DNA of 23,689 nt from a virus (IMGVR_UViG_2698536618_000024:1-23689); one strand, 5' to 3'. Positions 6,425 to 18,265 are shown, numbered from the stretch's first letter. Notes: a model not told the origin generated them from the letters alone. Numbers and translations: made by a program.

Positions 6425-8623
6425 ATGGCAGAAAAAAAGATGACTGACTGGCATCGCAAGGTGCTGTGCAACTTTGATAATGCCTGGTCAGCAACGCAGG
6501 ATATGCGTAAGCAGATTATTGAGGCTCAACGTTTCGTCCGGGTGTCCGGCGCACAGTGGGAAGGCAGCACAAACGCTGGTTACTCATTTGATGAAGGCAG
6601 GTTTGAGCATTACCCGCGCTTTGAACTGAATAAGATTGCCCGTGAATGTGATCGCATCATTGGCGAGTATCGACAGAATCGCATCAGCGTTAAATTCAGG
6701 CCGAAGGATGACAAGGCATCGGAAGCGTTAGCCGAAAAGATGAACGGCAAATTCCGCGCTGATTATCAGGAAACATCCGGTGGCGAAGCGTGTGATAACG
6801 CATTTGATGATGCTGTAACGGGCGGATTCGGTTGTTTCCGCATGTGTGCTGATTACGAAGATGAAATGGATCCGAGTAACGAGCAGCGACGCATCAGCCT
6901 TCTTCCTGTTTACGACCCGGCGACATGCGTCTTCTTCGATCAGGACAGCAAGCAATATGACCGCTCTGATGCCATGTGGGCTATGGAAATGTTCTCCATG
7001 ACGCCTAAAGCGTTCGAGGCTGAATACCCTGATTCCACCGTGGCAAGCATTTCTCGTGATGACACTGGTACTCAGTATGACTGGTCAACGCCTGACGCCA
7101 TCTATGTTGGACGCTACTACGAAGTCCGCATAGAGAAGGTGAAGCTCACAGCATGGCGTAACCCTGTCAGCGGAGAAACGGCAATCTATGACGAAGAGCA
7201 AATCAAAGATATTGTCGACGAGCTGACCGATGGTGCATTCGAACTGATTGGCGAGCGAACGGTGAAGAAACGCCGAGTTTATTGCGGTCTTCTGTCTGGC
7301 GCTGAATGGCTGGAAGAACCGAAGCGTATTCCGGGCGAACATATTCCTCTCATCCCGGTATATGGGCGTCGTTCATTTGTTGATAATCAGGAGCGAATCG
7401 AAGGCCACGCAGCAAAAGCGATGGATGCACAGCGTCTTGAGAACCTGATGGTTTCCATGATTGCAGATAACGCTACTCAGGCTGGCGGCGATGGCATTCC
7501 TATCGTGGATGTTGATTTCATTCCCGGTCCATTAATGAATCACTGGGCAGAGAGGAATAAGAAAAGACCTGCAGTTCTTCCCATGACCAGCAAGAAGGAC
7601 AAAAACGGAACGGTCATTTCAGAGGCTCAGGTTGCTGGCTGGACACCTCCGACACAAATGCCTCCTGCTCTTGCTGGGCTATTGCAGTACACCGGAACGG
7701 CTATTCAGCAAATTACAGGTGCGTCGCAGCTTGAGAACATGCCGAGCAACGTCGCTACCGATACCGTTGATAGCATCTTTAACCGGATGGACACGCAGTC
7801 CTATATCTACATGGACAACATGGCTAAATCCATGCGCCGTGCTGGCGTCGTGTGGCTTTCTATGGCTCGTGAAGTCTATGGCAGCGATACGCCAATGCGC
7901 ATCGTTAATGAGGATGGCAGCGATGACGTGGCGCTGATGACTGGTGAAGTGGTTGACCGTCAGACAGGGAAGGTTATCGCGCTTAACGACCTTTCGCAGG
8001 GTAACTATGAAGTGACTGTCGATGTCGGTCAGTCGTTCGCTACTCGCCGTGATGCAACGGTTAAGTCGTTGCTTTCCATGCTGGCACTTATCCCGCCAGG
8101 AACGTCGAAGCATGACCTTGTATCGTCGATGATTCTCGACAATATGGACGGCGAAGGGATGGGCGACCTTAAAGAATACAACCGCAATCAGTTGCTTCTG
8201 TCTGGCGTTATTAAGCCGAGAACACCAGAAGAACAGCAGATGGTTGAGCAGGCGAAACAACAACAGGCCAGTCAGCCGGATCCGGCTATGGTTGCTGCGC
8301 AAGGTCAGCTTCTTGCTGGTCAGGCTGAATTGCAGAAAGCGCAGAACGAACAGGCAGCCATTCAGGTTAAAGCATTCCAGGCACAGACTGATGCTCAGGT
8401 TGCAGCGGCAAATGTTGTGAAAATCCTCGCATCTGCCGATAGCCAGCAGAAATCTGATATCCGCGAGGCTCTGAAACTGCTCGGACAGTTCCAGCAACAG
8501 CAAGGAGACAATGCCCGTGCTGATGCGGAGCTTGTCCTGAAAAGTCAGGCACAGGGCCATGCGCAGCGCATGGACATCAGCAGCATCCTGCAAAAATCAA
8601 CTCAGCAACAACCACAGCAGTAA
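6425..8623 (+). CDS. Portal protein, P22 gp1-like
   Basis: 732 aa; segments DYEDEMDPSNEQRRISLLPVYD, KRRRVY, GEHIPLIPVYG, PEEQQMVEQAKQQQASQPDPAMVAAQGQLLAGQAELQKAQN and RMDISSILQ match recalled P22 portal including the Gln/Ala-rich C-terminal segment. Confidence 0.95.
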   Translation: MAEKKMTDWHRKVLCNFDNAWSATQDMRKQIIEAQRFVRVSGAQWEGSTNAGYSFDEGRFEHYPRFELNKIARECDRIIGEYRQNRISVKFRPKDDKASEALAEKMNGKFRADYQETSGGEACDNAFDDAVTGGFGCFRMCADYEDEMDPSNEQRRISLLPVYDPATCVFFDQDSKQYDRSDAMWAMEMFSMTPKAFEAEYPDSTVASISRDDTGTQYDWSTPDAIYVGRYYEVRIEKVKLTAWRNPVSGETAIYDEEQIKDIVDELTDGAFELIGERTVKKRRVYCGLLSGAEWLEEPKRIPGEHIPLIPVYGRRSFVDNQERIEGHAAKAMDAQRLENLMVSMIADNATQAGGDGIPIVDVDFIPGPLMNHWAERNKKRPAVLPMTSKKDKNGTVISEAQVAGWTPPTQMPPALAGLLQYTGTAIQQITGASQLENMPSNVATDTVDSIFNRMDTQSYIYMDNMAKSMRRAGVVWLSMAREVYGSDTPMRIVNEDGSDDVALMTGEVVDRQTGKVIALNDLSQGNYEVTVDVGQSFATRRDATVKSLLSMLALIPPGTSKHDLVSSMILDNMDGEGMGDLKEYNRNQLLLSGVIKPRTPEEQQMVEQAKQQQASQPDPAMVAAQGQLLAGQAELQKAQNEQAAIQVKAFQAQTDAQVAAANVVKILASADSQQKSDIREALKLLGQFQQQQGDNARADAELVLKSQAQGHAQRMDISSILQKSTQQQPQQ

Positions 8624-8713
8624 TTAACCCATAACGTGCAATGGCTGTCTTTATGAGGCCTGGCACCCTATTGCCTTCCGATGGGCTGAACATCGAGTAA
8701 ACAGGGGTAACAA

Positions 8714-9607
8714 ATGGACCAGATGGCAGAAAACACACCAGAAGTTGAAATCGAAACCGACGCGTCAGAGCAGATTCCTGATGATGTCGAACTGGCTGAA
8801 GAAGTCGAAACAGAAGATGGCAGTGAGTCCTCCGGCAATAATGCAGAGGAAGCTACTGAAACTGATGACGACGAATCAGAACAGGAATTCTACTTTGGTG
8901 ACGAAAAGCTGGATTCGCCAACCAGCGAAGATGGCGCAGAGCATGGACTGGTAAAACACCTGCGCAAGACGATTAAAGAGAAAGACCGTGAGCTGAAAGA
9001 GCTGATGCGTCAGTCTCAGAAACCCGTCGAGCAGCAGCCGGTAATCACTCAACCACCGCGAATGCCAAAACTGGATGATGAGGACATCGGTTTCGATGAA
9101 GAAATCTACCAGCAACGCATGGCTAAGTGGGCAGAGGATAACGGCAAGTACCAGCAACAGGAGATGGCTCGCAAGCAGAAGGAGCAGGAGCTTCAGGCTG
9201 CCTATCAAGAGCGATTATCCAAATATCAGCAACGTGTTAAGGCTCTCAAAGTTCCTGGCTATCAGGAAGCTGAGCAAGCCGTACTCGAGGAAATCCCCAT
9301 CGAGACACAAAACGCGATCCTGTTTGAGTCAGAGAAGCCGGAAATCGTTGTTCTGGCACTCGGTCGCAACGCTGAACTGCGCAAGCAACTGGCAGAAGCT
9401 ACCAACCCCGTAGCAATTGGTCGTCTGCTGGAACGTATCGAATCGAAGGCCAGAATCATGCCAAAAGCAAAAACCACGGCAGCCACAACCCCGACAGTTA
9501 AGGGGAGCAACGGCGCAGTAATCAACAACCTCGGCAAATTGAAAGCCAAGGCGCTGGAAACTGGTGACTGGACGCCGTATTTCGCCGCTAAAAAGGCAAA
9601 AAAATAA
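8714..9607 (+). CDS. Scaffolding protein
   Basis: 297 aa, highly acidic N-terminus, charged helical body, basic C-terminus; between portal and coat as in P22 (gp8). Confidence 0.8.
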   Translation: MDQMAENTPEVEIETDASEQIPDDVELAEEVETEDGSESSGNNAEEATETDDDESEQEFYFGDEKLDSPTSEDGAEHGLVKHLRKTIKEKDRELKELMRQSQKPVEQQPVITQPPRMPKLDDEDIGFDEEIYQQRMAKWAEDNGKYQQQEMARKQKEQELQAAYQERLSKYQQRVKALKVPGYQEAEQAVLEEIPIETQNAILFESEKPEIVVLALGRNAELRKQLAEATNPVAIGRLLERIESKARIMPKAKTTAATTPTVKGSNGAVINNLGKLKAKALETGDWTPYFAAKKAKK

Positions 9608-9625
9608 CCTATCGGAGCATTAAGC

Positions 9626-10879
9626 ATGGCTAACCAATTAGCAAAAGACCTTGAAATCATGTTCGAAAACTACGTTGAAGGCTTTGAGGCCGCCTGCGTA
9701 GTTTCCCGTAACGCTAAAAAATTCCGTCCCGGTGATACAGCAATGCAGCGAGCAGGTGATGTTCTGTATCGTCCGCAGCATTACCACATGAACATTGAGG
9801 AAGGCCTAGACCTCAGCGGCAAAACGCCAACAGCACTGGTTCAGCGCCTTGTTCCTTCTGTGTTCAAGGAACCGAAAAACATTCTGTACACTCTGGATGC
9901 GCGTGAAATGCGTGACCCGGAACATAAAACTGAAGCTGGTCGAGCCGCAGGTATGCGCCTTGCTGCACAGATTGACTCTGACCTGATTTCCATGGTCACG
10001 CAGCGTGCTACTAACGTGGTCGCAATTCCTGCCTCAGAAAATGGCTCACGGGGCCTTGCCTTGTGGAATGGTGCGGCAGATATTGATGCCACCATGACGG
10101 CGATTGGTGTACCTCAGGGTATCAACCGTCGCTCTTTCTGGAACCCCTTCAACTACAAAGACCTTGCTGGCGAGCTTGGTCACCGTGCCTATGCTCAGGG
10201 CGCAACCCTGACAGCATACGAAAAAGCGCAGATCCCTCCGGTTGCGTCCTTTGATAGCTACAAGACCGATATTTCTGGTCGATTACCGAAAGGAAGCACT
10301 GAATCCTTGACAGTATCAGGCCAACCTGAACACAAGGTTGAAGCGAAAGATTCAAATGGTATGCCAGTTGATAACCGACAGGGGACTATTACGGTATCTG
10401 CATCTGGCTTGCAGGTTGGTGATGCGTTCACCATTGCCGGTGTGAATTCCGTACACCAGATCACAAAAGATACCACCGGTCAACCGCAGGTATTCCGTGT
10501 TCTGGCTGTTAGCGGAACTACCGTAACAATTTCTCCAAAGATTCTCCCTGTTGAAAATACTGATGTTGCGAGTCGTCCATATGCAAACGTCGATGCCAAA
10601 CCGGCAGAATCAGCAGCAATCACCATTCTCAACAAGAACGCAGCACCGGCTAACCTATTCTGGGCTGATGGTTCTGTTGAACTGATGTACGGCAAACTGG
10701 CATTCCCGACTGGTCAGGGGCCACAGGTAATGACAGCAACCACCGAGCAGGGCGCTACGCTGATCATGTCTTACGCCTTCGACCACATCAAAGGCGTAAC
10801 CACTGCACGTTTCACCACTCTGTACGGTTGCTCTGTACTGGTTCCTGAATATACGGGCATCGTTATTGCCGGGCAGTAA
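9626..10879 (+). CDS. Major capsid (coat) protein, P22-like/Sf6-type
   Basis: 417 aa following scaffold, GGAG RBS, followed by a strong terminator; size and position match P22 gp5; no close sequence match to P22 gp5 was recognised, the Sf6-type label is from context. Confidence 0.85.
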   Translation: MANQLAKDLEIMFENYVEGFEAACVVSRNAKKFRPGDTAMQRAGDVLYRPQHYHMNIEEGLDLSGKTPTALVQRLVPSVFKEPKNILYTLDAREMRDPEHKTEAGRAAGMRLAAQIDSDLISMVTQRATNVVAIPASENGSRGLALWNGAADIDATMTAIGVPQGINRRSFWNPFNYKDLAGELGHRAYAQGATLTAYEKAQIPPVASFDSYKTDISGRLPKGSTESLTVSGQPEHKVEAKDSNGMPVDNRQGTITVSASGLQVGDAFTIAGVNSVHQITKDTTGQPQVFRVLAVSGTTVTISPKILPVENTDVASRPYANVDAKPAESAAITILNKNAAPANLFWADGSVELMYGKLAFPTGQGPQVMTATTEQGATLIMSYAFDHIKGVTTARFTTLYGCSVLVPEYTGIVIAGQ

Positions 10880-10884
10880 TTTTG

Positions 10885-10910
10885 GTGGGGCTTCGGCCCC
10901 ATTTTTATTG
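10885..10910 (+). terminator. Rho-independent terminator after coat gene
   Basis: GGGGC-TTCG-GCCCC hairpin (10887-10900) followed by ATTTTTATT. Confidence 0.65.
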
Positions 10911-10920
10911 GGAGAAGACA

Positions 10921-11109
10921 ATGGCACGAACAATGCTCTATAAGCCTGGCAACATGATCACCTGTGGTCAGTTTGCTGTCGATTACATCATTGTTGATGA
11001 CGAAGAAGTTAAATCTCACCTGAAAAAAGGTTGGGTAAAAACTCCTGAAGAAACCGCAACGAAGCAAAAAGTGGCTAAGGCGGAAGAAGATGGCGAAAAC
11101 GAAGGGTGA
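10921..11109 (+). CDS. Hypothetical small protein (62 aa) between coat and gp4
   Basis: ATG 10921 preceded by GGGAGAAG; the ORF-track start at 10882 lies inside the terminator hairpin and is rejected; corresponds positionally to the small gene I recall between coat and gp4 homologues in Sf6-like phages. Confidence 0.45.
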   Translation: MARTMLYKPGNMITCGQFAVDYIIVDDEEVKSHLKKGWVKTPEETATKQKVAKAEEDGENEG

Positions 11110-11551
11110 TCTCGTTCTAAAGGCTTTACGAAAAGCCGGGCTGTATTCCAATGCCACGTTGACAGATGCTGACCCTCAGGCAATTGAAGATGCCATTAAT
11201 GACCTCGAAGACATGATGGCAGCATGGCAGGCGAAAGGTATCGAGCTTGGGTATCAGTTTGCTGATACAGAAAACGGCATCATGCCGTTACCTGACGATG
11301 ATTCAGGTATCCCTGCATGGGCAAATGATGGCGTCGCTTTGAAACTCGCTGTGCAAGTGTGCATGGATAACGTCATTCAGCCGTCAGACGCTCTCCTTAC
11401 CGCTGCTGACAGTGCATATCAAACAATCTGTATCGCTTTAACCAAAATACCACCACTTGAGCGGCGAAATGATATGCCTCGCGGTAGTGGTAACAAAAGC
11501 GCGTTTACGTGGAATCGGTTTTACATCGAGAAAGATGATCCGAGTACGTGA
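11090..11551 (+). CDS. Tail accessory / head-completion protein, P22 gp4-like
   Basis: N-terminus KTKGDLVLKALRKAGLYSNATLTDADPQAIEDAINDLEDMMAAWQ resembles recalled P22 gp4; position after coat. Confidence 0.85.
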   Translation: MAKTKGDLVLKALRKAGLYSNATLTDADPQAIEDAINDLEDMMAAWQAKGIELGYQFADTENGIMPLPDDDSGIPAWANDGVALKLAVQVCMDNVIQPSDALLTAADSAYQTICIALTKIPPLERRNDMPRGSGNKSAFTWNRFYIEKDDPST

Positions 11552-11560
11552 GGTGAATAA

Positions 11561-12979
11561 ATGCCGATTCAGCAACTTCCGCTCATGAAAGGTGTCGGCA
11601 AAGACTTTCGAAACGCCGACTATATCGACTATCTGCCAGTGAATATGTTGGCTACCCCCAAAGAAATCCTCAACAGCAGCGGATATCTTCGCTCATTCCC
11701 TGGCATTGCCAAACGTTCTGATGTGAACGGTGTATCGCGCGGCGTCGAGTACAACATGGCGCAGAATGCTGTTTATCGCGTGTGTGGTGGCAAGCTCTAC
11801 AAAGGGGAAAGTGAAGTCGGTGACGTCGCCGGAAGTGGTCGTGTATCAATGGCGCATGGTCGGACATCACAGGCGGTAGGCGTTAACGGGAAACTGGTCG
11901 AGTATCGCTATGATGGCACGGTTAAAACCGTCTCAAACTGGCCTGCAGACAGCGGATTCACTCAGTATGAGTTAGGCTCAGTCCGCGATATTACACGCTT
12001 ACGTGGGCGTTATGCGTGGTCAAAAGACGGCACTGATTCATGGTTCATCACTGACCTTGAAGACGAATCTCATCCTGACCGTTACAGCGCACAATATCGT
12101 GCCGAGTCTCAGCCTGACGGAATCATCGGCATCGGAACATGGCGAGACTTCATCGTCTGCTTTGGTTCATCGACGATTGAATATTTCTCCCTGACTGGTG
12201 CAACCACCGTTGGTGCTGCTCTGTATGTCGCACAGCCATCGCTGATGGTGCAGAAAGGCATTGCCGGGACTTACTGCAAAACGCCATTCGCTGATTCTTA
12301 TGCGTTCATCAGCAATCCGGCAACAGGTGCGCCGTCTGTATATATCATCGGCTCCGGTCAGGTATCACCAATCGCCAGCGCGAGCATTGAGAAAATACTA
12401 CGCTCCTACACTGCTGATGAACTGGCTGATGGCGTGATGGAATCGTTGCGGTTTGATGCTCATGAGTTGCTGATTATTCACCTGCCGCGCCATGTTCTTG
12501 TTTACGACGCATCTTCAAGCGCCAATGGTCCGCAATGGTGTGTGTTGAAAACAGGCCTGTATGACGATGTGTACCGCGCTATCGACTTCATTTACGAAGG
12601 CAATCAGATAACGTGCGGCGATAAGCTGGAGTCCGTGACCGGGAAATTGCAATTCGACATCAGCAGCCAGTACGACAAGCAACAGGAACACCTGCTGTTT
12701 ACTCCACTATTCAAAGCGGATAACGCCAGAGTGTTCGACCTTGAGGTTGAATCGTCAACTGGCGTTGCGCAGTATGCTGACCGCCTTTTTCTCTCTGCAA
12801 CCACTGACGGCATCAATTACGGGCGTGAGCAGATGATTGAGCAGAATGAACCGTTCGTTTACGACAAACGCGTTTTGTGGAAGCGAGTAGGGCGCATCAG
12901 GAAAAATGTCGGCTTCAAATTGCGCGTTATCACGAAGTCACCTGTCACTCTGTCTGGCTGCCAGATAAGGATTGAGTAA
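11561..12979 (+). CDS. Tail accessory protein, P22 gp10-like
   Basis: 472 aa; N-terminus [49 protein letters not shown] matches recalled P22 gp10. Confidence 0.9.
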   Translation: MPIQQLPLMKGVGKDFRNADYIDYLPVNMLATPKEILNSSGYLRSFPGIAKRSDVNGVSRGVEYNMAQNAVYRVCGGKLYKGESEVGDVAGSGRVSMAHGRTSQAVGVNGKLVEYRYDGTVKTVSNWPADSGFTQYELGSVRDITRLRGRYAWSKDGTDSWFITDLEDESHPDRYSAQYRAESQPDGIIGIGTWRDFIVCFGSSTIEYFSLTGATTVGAALYVAQPSLMVQKGIAGTYCKTPFADSYAFISNPATGAPSVYIIGSGQVSPIASASIEKILRSYTADELADGVMESLRFDAHELLIIHLPRHVLVYDASSSANGPQWCVLKTGLYDDVYRAIDFIYEGNQITCGDKLESVTGKLQFDISSQYDKQQEHLLFTPLFKADNARVFDLEVESSTGVAQYADRLFLSATTDGINYGREQMIEQNEPFVYDKRVLWKRVGRIRKNVGFKLRVITKSPVTLSGCQIRIE

Positions 12980-13827
12980 TGGCGGATTCGAATCTCAATG
13001 TGCCGGTAATCATCCAGGCTACGCGGCTCGACACATCAGTCCTTCCACGCAATATCTTCTCGCAGTCATATCTGCTGTACGTTATCGCACAGGGTACTGA
13101 TGTTGGTAACGTGGCGAACAAGGCCAACGAGGCCGGACAGGGCGCTTATGACGCACAAGTCAGGAACGATGAGCAGGATGTGATTCTGGTCGATCACGAA
13201 ATTCGACTGGCATCAGCTGAAGCGAAGATTCAGGACCACGAAACAAGGATCACTAACGCAGAATCGGCGATAGTCGGCCTTGATTCCCGATTAACGACAG
13301 CAGAAAACGATATTGATTATCTGACTGATGAAGTTATCGCCATTCAAAACACGCTTTCAGACCATGAAACGCGCATTGATGCTCTGGAGTATGCCACTAC
13401 TCGCAAAAAGTCAGAGGTTGTTTACTCTGGCGTATCTGTAACCATCCCGACAGCGCCGACCAACCTTGTTAGCCTGCTGAAAACGCTCACGCCGTCATCC
13501 GGGACGTTGGCACCATTCTTCGACACTGTTAACAACAAGATGGTTGTGTTCAACGAGAACAAAACCTTGTTCTTCAAGCTGTCGATCGTCGGGACGTGGC
13601 CCAGCGGAACCGCCAACAGGTCAATGCAGCTAACCTTTTCCGGCTCTGTTCCTGACACGTTGGTCAGCAGTCGTAATGCGGCGACAACAACCGACAACAT
13701 CCTGTTAGCTACGTTCTTCAGCGTGGATAAAGACGGTTTTCTTGCCACAAATGGCAGTACGTTAACCATTCAGTCAAATGGTGCGGCGTTTACTGCCACA
13801 ACCATCAAGATAATCGCGGAGCAGTAA
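12979..13827 (+). CDS. Tail needle, P22 gp26-like, with extended C-terminal domain (Sf6-type knob)
   Basis: N-terminus [43 protein letters not shown] matches recalled gp26; 282 aa versus 233 aa recalled for P22; C-terminal ~130 aa Ser/Thr/Asn-rich and not coiled-coil-like. Confidence 0.85.
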   Translation: MADSNLNVPVIIQATRLDTSVLPRNIFSQSYLLYVIAQGTDVGNVANKANEAGQGAYDAQVRNDEQDVILVDHEIRLASAEAKIQDHETRITNAESAIVGLDSRLTTAENDIDYLTDEVIAIQNTLSDHETRIDALEYATTRKKSEVVYSGVSVTIPTAPTNLVSLLKTLTPSSGTLAPFFDTVNNKMVVFNENKTLFFKLSIVGTWPSGTANRSMQLTFSGSVPDTLVSSRNAATTTDNILLATFFSVDKDGFLATNGSTLTIQSNGAAFTATTIKIIAEQ

Positions 13828-14282
13828 TGATTCAGTTCAAACCAACGCGAAACATCGACCTGATCGAAGCAGTCGGAAATCACCCTGACATTATTGCCGG
13901 GAGCAACAACGGTGATGGATACGATTACAAGCCTGAATGCCGTTACTTTGAGGTGAACGTGCACGGTCAGTTTGGCGGCATTGTTTACTATCAGGAGATT
14001 CAGCCGCTGACATTCGATTGCCACGCCATGTACCTGCCAGAGATTCGCGGCTTCAGCAAGGAAATCGGGCTGTCGTTCTGGAGATACATTCTGACTAACA
14101 CCACCGTTCAGTGCGTCACATCGTTCGCTGCACGCAAATTCCGTCACGGGCAGATGTACTGCGCAATGATTGGCCTTAAGCGTGTAGGAACCATCAAGAA
14201 ATACTTCAAAGGCGTGGATGACGTGACATTTTACAGTGCTACACGCGAAGAACTAATCGACTTCCTGAATCACGGGAGATAG
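13827..14282 (+). CDS. P22 gp14-like protein
   Basis: 151 aa ORF in the gp14 position between tail needle and ejection proteins, coupled by overlapping TAATG. Confidence 0.7.
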   Translation: MIQFKPTRNIDLIEAVGNHPDIIAGSNNGDGYDYKPECRYFEVNVHGQFGGIVYYQEIQPLTFDCHAMYLPEIRGFSKEIGLSFWRYILTNTTVQCVTSFAARKFRHGQMYCAMIGLKRVGTIKKYFKGVDDVTFYSATREELIDFLNHGR

Positions 14283-14284
14283 CC

Positions 14285-14977
14285 ATGTTATATGCATTTA
14301 AGCTGGGCAGAAAACTGCGCGGCGAGGAACCTTATTGCCCTGAAAAAGGCGGGAAAGGTGGCAGCTCTGATAAAAGCGCAAAGTATGCAGCAGAAGCTCA
14401 GAAGTATGCCGCAGACCTGCAAAATCAGCAGTTCAACACCATCATGAATAACCTGAAGCCGTTTACTCCTCTGGCTGATAAGTATGTCGGCAGCCTCGAA
14501 AACTTATCGTCTCTGGAGGGGCAAGGTCAGGCACTTAACCAGTATTACAACTCTCAGCAGTATAAAGACCTTGCAGGTCAGGCTCGCTATCAGAGTCTGG
14601 CGGCAGCGGAAGCAACAGGTGGATTGGGTTCCACCGCAACCAGTAATCAGTTAGCAACAATCGCACCAACGCTTGGTCAGCAATGGCTATCTGGACAAAT
14701 GAACAATTACAACAACCTGGCAAATATCGGTCTTGGCGCTCTTCAGGGGCAGGCAAACGCCGGGCAAACATATGCCAACAACATGAGTCAGATTTCACAG
14801 CAAAGCGCGGCGCTGGCTGCGGCAAACGCCAACCGACCGTCAGCATTGCAGCAGGGGGTTAGTGGTGCTGCATCCGGTGCGCTTTTGGGTGGTGGCATAG
14901 CCAGTGCTCTCGAGCTATCAACTCCGTGGGGTGCTGGTATTGGTGCTGGTCTTGGTCTGCTTGGTTCACTGTTTTAA
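14285..14977 (+). CDS. Ejection (internal virion) protein, P22 gp7-like
   Basis: 230 aa; MLYAFKLGRKLRGEEPYCPEKGGKGGSS...QKYAADLQNQQFNTIMNNLKPFTPLADKY and Gly-rich C-terminus match recalled P22 gp7. Confidence 0.9.
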   Translation: MLYAFKLGRKLRGEEPYCPEKGGKGGSSDKSAKYAAEAQKYAADLQNQQFNTIMNNLKPFTPLADKYVGSLENLSSLEGQGQALNQYYNSQQYKDLAGQARYQSLAAAEATGGLGSTATSNQLATIAPTLGQQWLSGQMNNYNNLANIGLGALQGQANAGQTYANNMSQISQQSAALAAANANRPSALQQGVSGAASGALLGGGIASALELSTPWGAGIGAGLGLLGSLF

Positions 14978-14987
14978 GGGTTAATCA

Positions 14988-16403
14988 ATGGCTACGTGGC
15001 AACAGGGTATTAATTCTGGTGGGTTTCTTGCTGGCATCGGTGCGCAAAATGAGAATGCGCCAAAGGCAAGCGACATTAACGCAACGCTTGGTCTGATCCG
15101 CGAAAACAATGAACTGGCTCGATCAGGCGCAAATAACGTTGGTCTGACCGCGTTACGTGGTCTGGCTGGAGTTGCTGATATTTATAAGCAGGAACAGCAA
15201 CAGAAAGCTATTAGTGCGTTCAATAAGGTTCACGCTGATGCATGGGCTTCTGGTGATCCATCGGGACTATTTAAGTTTGCCCAGGAAAATCCAGCGTTTG
15301 TTGCACAGGCACAACAGGCGTTTTCCGGTCTTAATGAGCAGCAACGCAACGATATGGGCGATTTAGCCATGAGGGCTAACGTCGCTCTTTCTCAGGGACC
15401 GGAAGCCTACAGTAAATTCATTACTGACAACAAGGACAGGTTAAATCGTGTGGGTGCGAATGCTGACTGGATGATTCAGACAGGTATTCAGAATCCAGAG
15501 CAGCTATCACACATGCTGACTACTATGTCTCTCGGTGCGCTTGGACCAGAAAAGGCGTTTGCTGTTCAGGATAAGATGGCTGGTCGTGAAATTGACCGAG
15601 GCAGGCTGGCAGAGACAATCCGCAGCAATCAGGCTGGCGAGGCACTTCAGGCGAGAGGGCAAAACCTTTCCTATCAGTCAGCAATGACTGGGCACAATAT
15701 CGCAGCACAACGCTTGGCTCTGGATCAGCAAGAGTTCGGGTTTAAGATGCAGCAAGCGCAGGAAAAGGCTCAGCAGTTGATTAGCGAAGCACCTAAGCTG
15801 TCAGTAAACATGGAAAAAGGCATCGAGACGGCTGTAAACAATGCCACAGCATCATCAAACTCAGCCAATTCTATGAGTGCACTTGCTCAACAGTTCAGAG
15901 CAGAAAAACCAACGACAGGTTTGTTCGGTAACGCACAGAACATGTTCGCAAAACTTACCGGAAGCGATACGACATTGCGTGATTTGCGCATTCGCCAAAA
16001 TGCCCTTGTTAACAGTCAGGTTCTTAAATTCCTACCTCCCGGCCCAGCAACGGATAAAGACGTTGAGATCGTTCGACAGGGTGCGCCAACTGACATGGAT
16101 AACCCTGAGACGGTCGCAAGATGGCTTGATGCAATGGCAAACCTTGAGCGACGAAACGCGCAGTTTAATGAGTTTAAAGCCGAGTGGATGAGCGCGAATG
16201 GCAACCCTGGACAATCGCGTAATGGCGGTCAGATATTGGGGTTGGATGTTAAAAAAGGTGAATCATTGGGGAGTGCCGTTAAGCGGTATATGTCAATGAA
16301 TACTGACGCAGCGCCAGCACAAGATTCGACACCTTCAGGTGAACCACGGAATCAGGTTGGATCATATACCTCAAAATCAGGCATTCAATTTACGGTGGAA
16401 TGA
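14988..16403 (+). CDS. Ejection protein, P22 gp20-like
   Basis: 471 aa, [19 protein letters not shown]-terminus, same size and position as P22 gp20. Confidence 0.9.
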   Translation: MATWQQGINSGGFLAGIGAQNENAPKASDINATLGLIRENNELARSGANNVGLTALRGLAGVADIYKQEQQQKAISAFNKVHADAWASGDPSGLFKFAQENPAFVAQAQQAFSGLNEQQRNDMGDLAMRANVALSQGPEAYSKFITDNKDRLNRVGANADWMIQTGIQNPEQLSHMLTTMSLGALGPEKAFAVQDKMAGREIDRGRLAETIRSNQAGEALQARGQNLSYQSAMTGHNIAAQRLALDQQEFGFKMQQAQEKAQQLISEAPKLSVNMEKGIETAVNNATASSNSANSMSALAQQFRAEKPTTGLFGNAQNMFAKLTGSDTTLRDLRIRQNALVNSQVLKFLPPGPATDKDVEIVRQGAPTDMDNPETVARWLDAMANLERRNAQFNEFKAEWMSANGNPGQSRNGGQILGLDVKKGESLGSAVKRYMSMNTDAAPAQDSTPSGEPRNQVGSYTSKSGIQFTVE

Positions 16404-18241
16404 TGAAAGTAACTGCAAACGGTAAGACATTTACCTTTCCTGATGGTACGAGCACCGAAGATATTGGAACCGCCATTGATGAGTATTTTGCTGGTCAGGC
16501 TGTTCAGCAACAAACAGTTAATCAGGACAATAATGCACCAACACGGGAAGAACCATCATTGATGCAACAAGCTGGCGATTGGATCACTGGTGGTCAAAGT
16601 GCAGGGCAAATTGCAGAACAGGCTGGTCGTGGTCTGGTAAACATACCATTTGACGTATTGCAGGGTGGCGCAAGTCTGATTAATGCAATCAGTCAGGGGC
16701 TTGGTGGGCCAAAAGTTTTGGATGATGTTTATCGTCCAGTAGACAAACCGACAGACCCATACGCACAAGCCGGTGAAACAATTGGTGGGTATTTAGTTCC
16801 AGGAGTTGGAACGGCAGGAAGCATGGCTATTGGCTCACTGGCAGAGGCCGCAAATCAGAAAGGCGATTTCGCACAAAATGCAGCTAAAAATGCCGGAGTT
16901 AACCTTGCCGCTCAGGGTGTTCTTTCCGCAGCAGCAAAGGGAATAGGGCGTGGAATAACGGCTATAAAAGGTGATATTGCGCCAGAAGTGGCGAAGAAAA
17001 TTGCCACATCAGAATCGATGGGCGTGACACCAATGACATCTGATGTTATCCCGCCGAAAAATGCTTTCACTCGCGGCCTTACTCAGGATGCCGAGGGGGC
17101 TTTGCTCGGGACGGGCTCAAAGCGAGCAGAGCAATATGCAACGCGTAGTAAGCTGGTAAGCAATTATTTTGACCGTTTTGGTGAGTACAACCCTGATGAT
17201 GTGGTGAAATCTCTGACCACCACGTTAAGGGGGCGGAAGGATGCTGCTGGCGCTGTTATCAATGACGTCACCAATAAAATGGGTAATGCCGCAGTTGATA
17301 CCACAAATACCATGAATGCTCTGAATACAGCGATCGCAAGACAGGAACGACTTGGGACGTCTGCCAATCAAAGCCTGCTTACATCCTTGCGTAACCTGCG
17401 TGAAGAATTAGCAAACCCTGCAACTGATTTGGATGTTACGTTTGATCTCTTGCGTCAGCACAGAACAGCATTTAGATCTAATGTTCAGGGAGATGCTATG
17501 GTCTTCCCCAACCAGGCAAAAGCAGCTACCAATATGGTAGAGAATGCAATGTCAAAAGACCTTCGTAACGCAGTTGCTAAAAACCTCGGTGCATCAGACG
17601 CAGCAAAATACCTTAAAGCAAATTCCGATTATGCAAACGTTTATAATAAGGTGCTTAATAAAAACATTGCCAACAAGCTCAACAAGGCAAGCAGTGAAGC
17701 CAGTCCTGAACTTATAAATACCGTTGTATTAAGCAGAAAACCATCTGACGTGAAACGAATCTGGAGCGCATTGGATGATAAAGGGAAAGATGCTATGCGT
17801 GCAGCTTACGTCAGCAAAATAGCGGAAAAGGCCGGTGACTCTCCAGCCAAGTTCATCACTGAAGTTAATAAGCTGAAATCTCAGTCAGGCGGTGAAATTT
17901 ACAACACTATTTTTTCTGGAAAGCACATGAAAGAGCTTGATGCTCTTCATGAAGTTCTACAGCAAACAGCAAGGTCAGACACCGCAAATGTAGTAACTCA
18001 GACGGGGCAATCGCAAGCCAACAGGATAAGGACGATTGGCGCAACTGCGACTCTTGGTGTATCAATGGGGCTTGAGGCTGGTTTCGGTGCAATCATGCGC
18101 TTGTATGAGTCCAAAGCAGCAAGGAATGCTCTCTTACGTTTGGCAAACACCAAAGCAGGAACACCAGCCTATGAAAGAGCGCTAAATAATGCTGCAAATG
18201 CCGTCAGGCCGCTGTTTGCTACTGAGGCAACACAGCAGTAA
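16400..18241 (+). CDS. Ejection protein, P22 gp16-like
   Basis: 613 aa; N-terminus [32 protein letters not shown] matches recalled P22 gp16. Confidence 0.9.
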   Translation: MMKVTANGKTFTFPDGTSTEDIGTAIDEYFAGQAVQQQTVNQDNNAPTREEPSLMQQAGDWITGGQSAGQIAEQAGRGLVNIPFDVLQGGASLINAISQGLGGPKVLDDVYRPVDKPTDPYAQAGETIGGYLVPGVGTAGSMAIGSLAEAANQKGDFAQNAAKNAGVNLAAQGVLSAAAKGIGRGITAIKGDIAPEVAKKIATSESMGVTPMTSDVIPPKNAFTRGLTQDAEGALLGTGSKRAEQYATRSKLVSNYFDRFGEYNPDDVVKSLTTTLRGRKDAAGAVINDVTNKMGNAAVDTTNTMNALNTAIARQERLGTSANQSLLTSLRNLREELANPATDLDVTFDLLRQHRTAFRSNVQGDAMVFPNQAKAATNMVENAMSKDLRNAVAKNLGASDAAKYLKANSDYANVYNKVLNKNIANKLNKASSEASPELINTVVLSRKPSDVKRIWSALDDKGKDAMRAAYVSKIAEKAGDSPAKFITEVNKLKSQSGGEIYNTIFSGKHMKELDALHEVLQQTARSDTANVVTQTGQSQANRIRTIGATATLGVSMGLEAGFGAIMRLYESKAARNALLRLANTKAGTPAYERALNNAANAVRPLFATEATQQ

Positions 18242-18265
18242 CGTATGGGAAATTGGATTCAATCG

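Noticed and set aside
7679-8593. 304-aa minus-strand ORF inside the portal gene
   Set aside because: Fully antisense to a confidently identified portal gene; Cys/Arg/Leu-rich composition typical of antisense frames.
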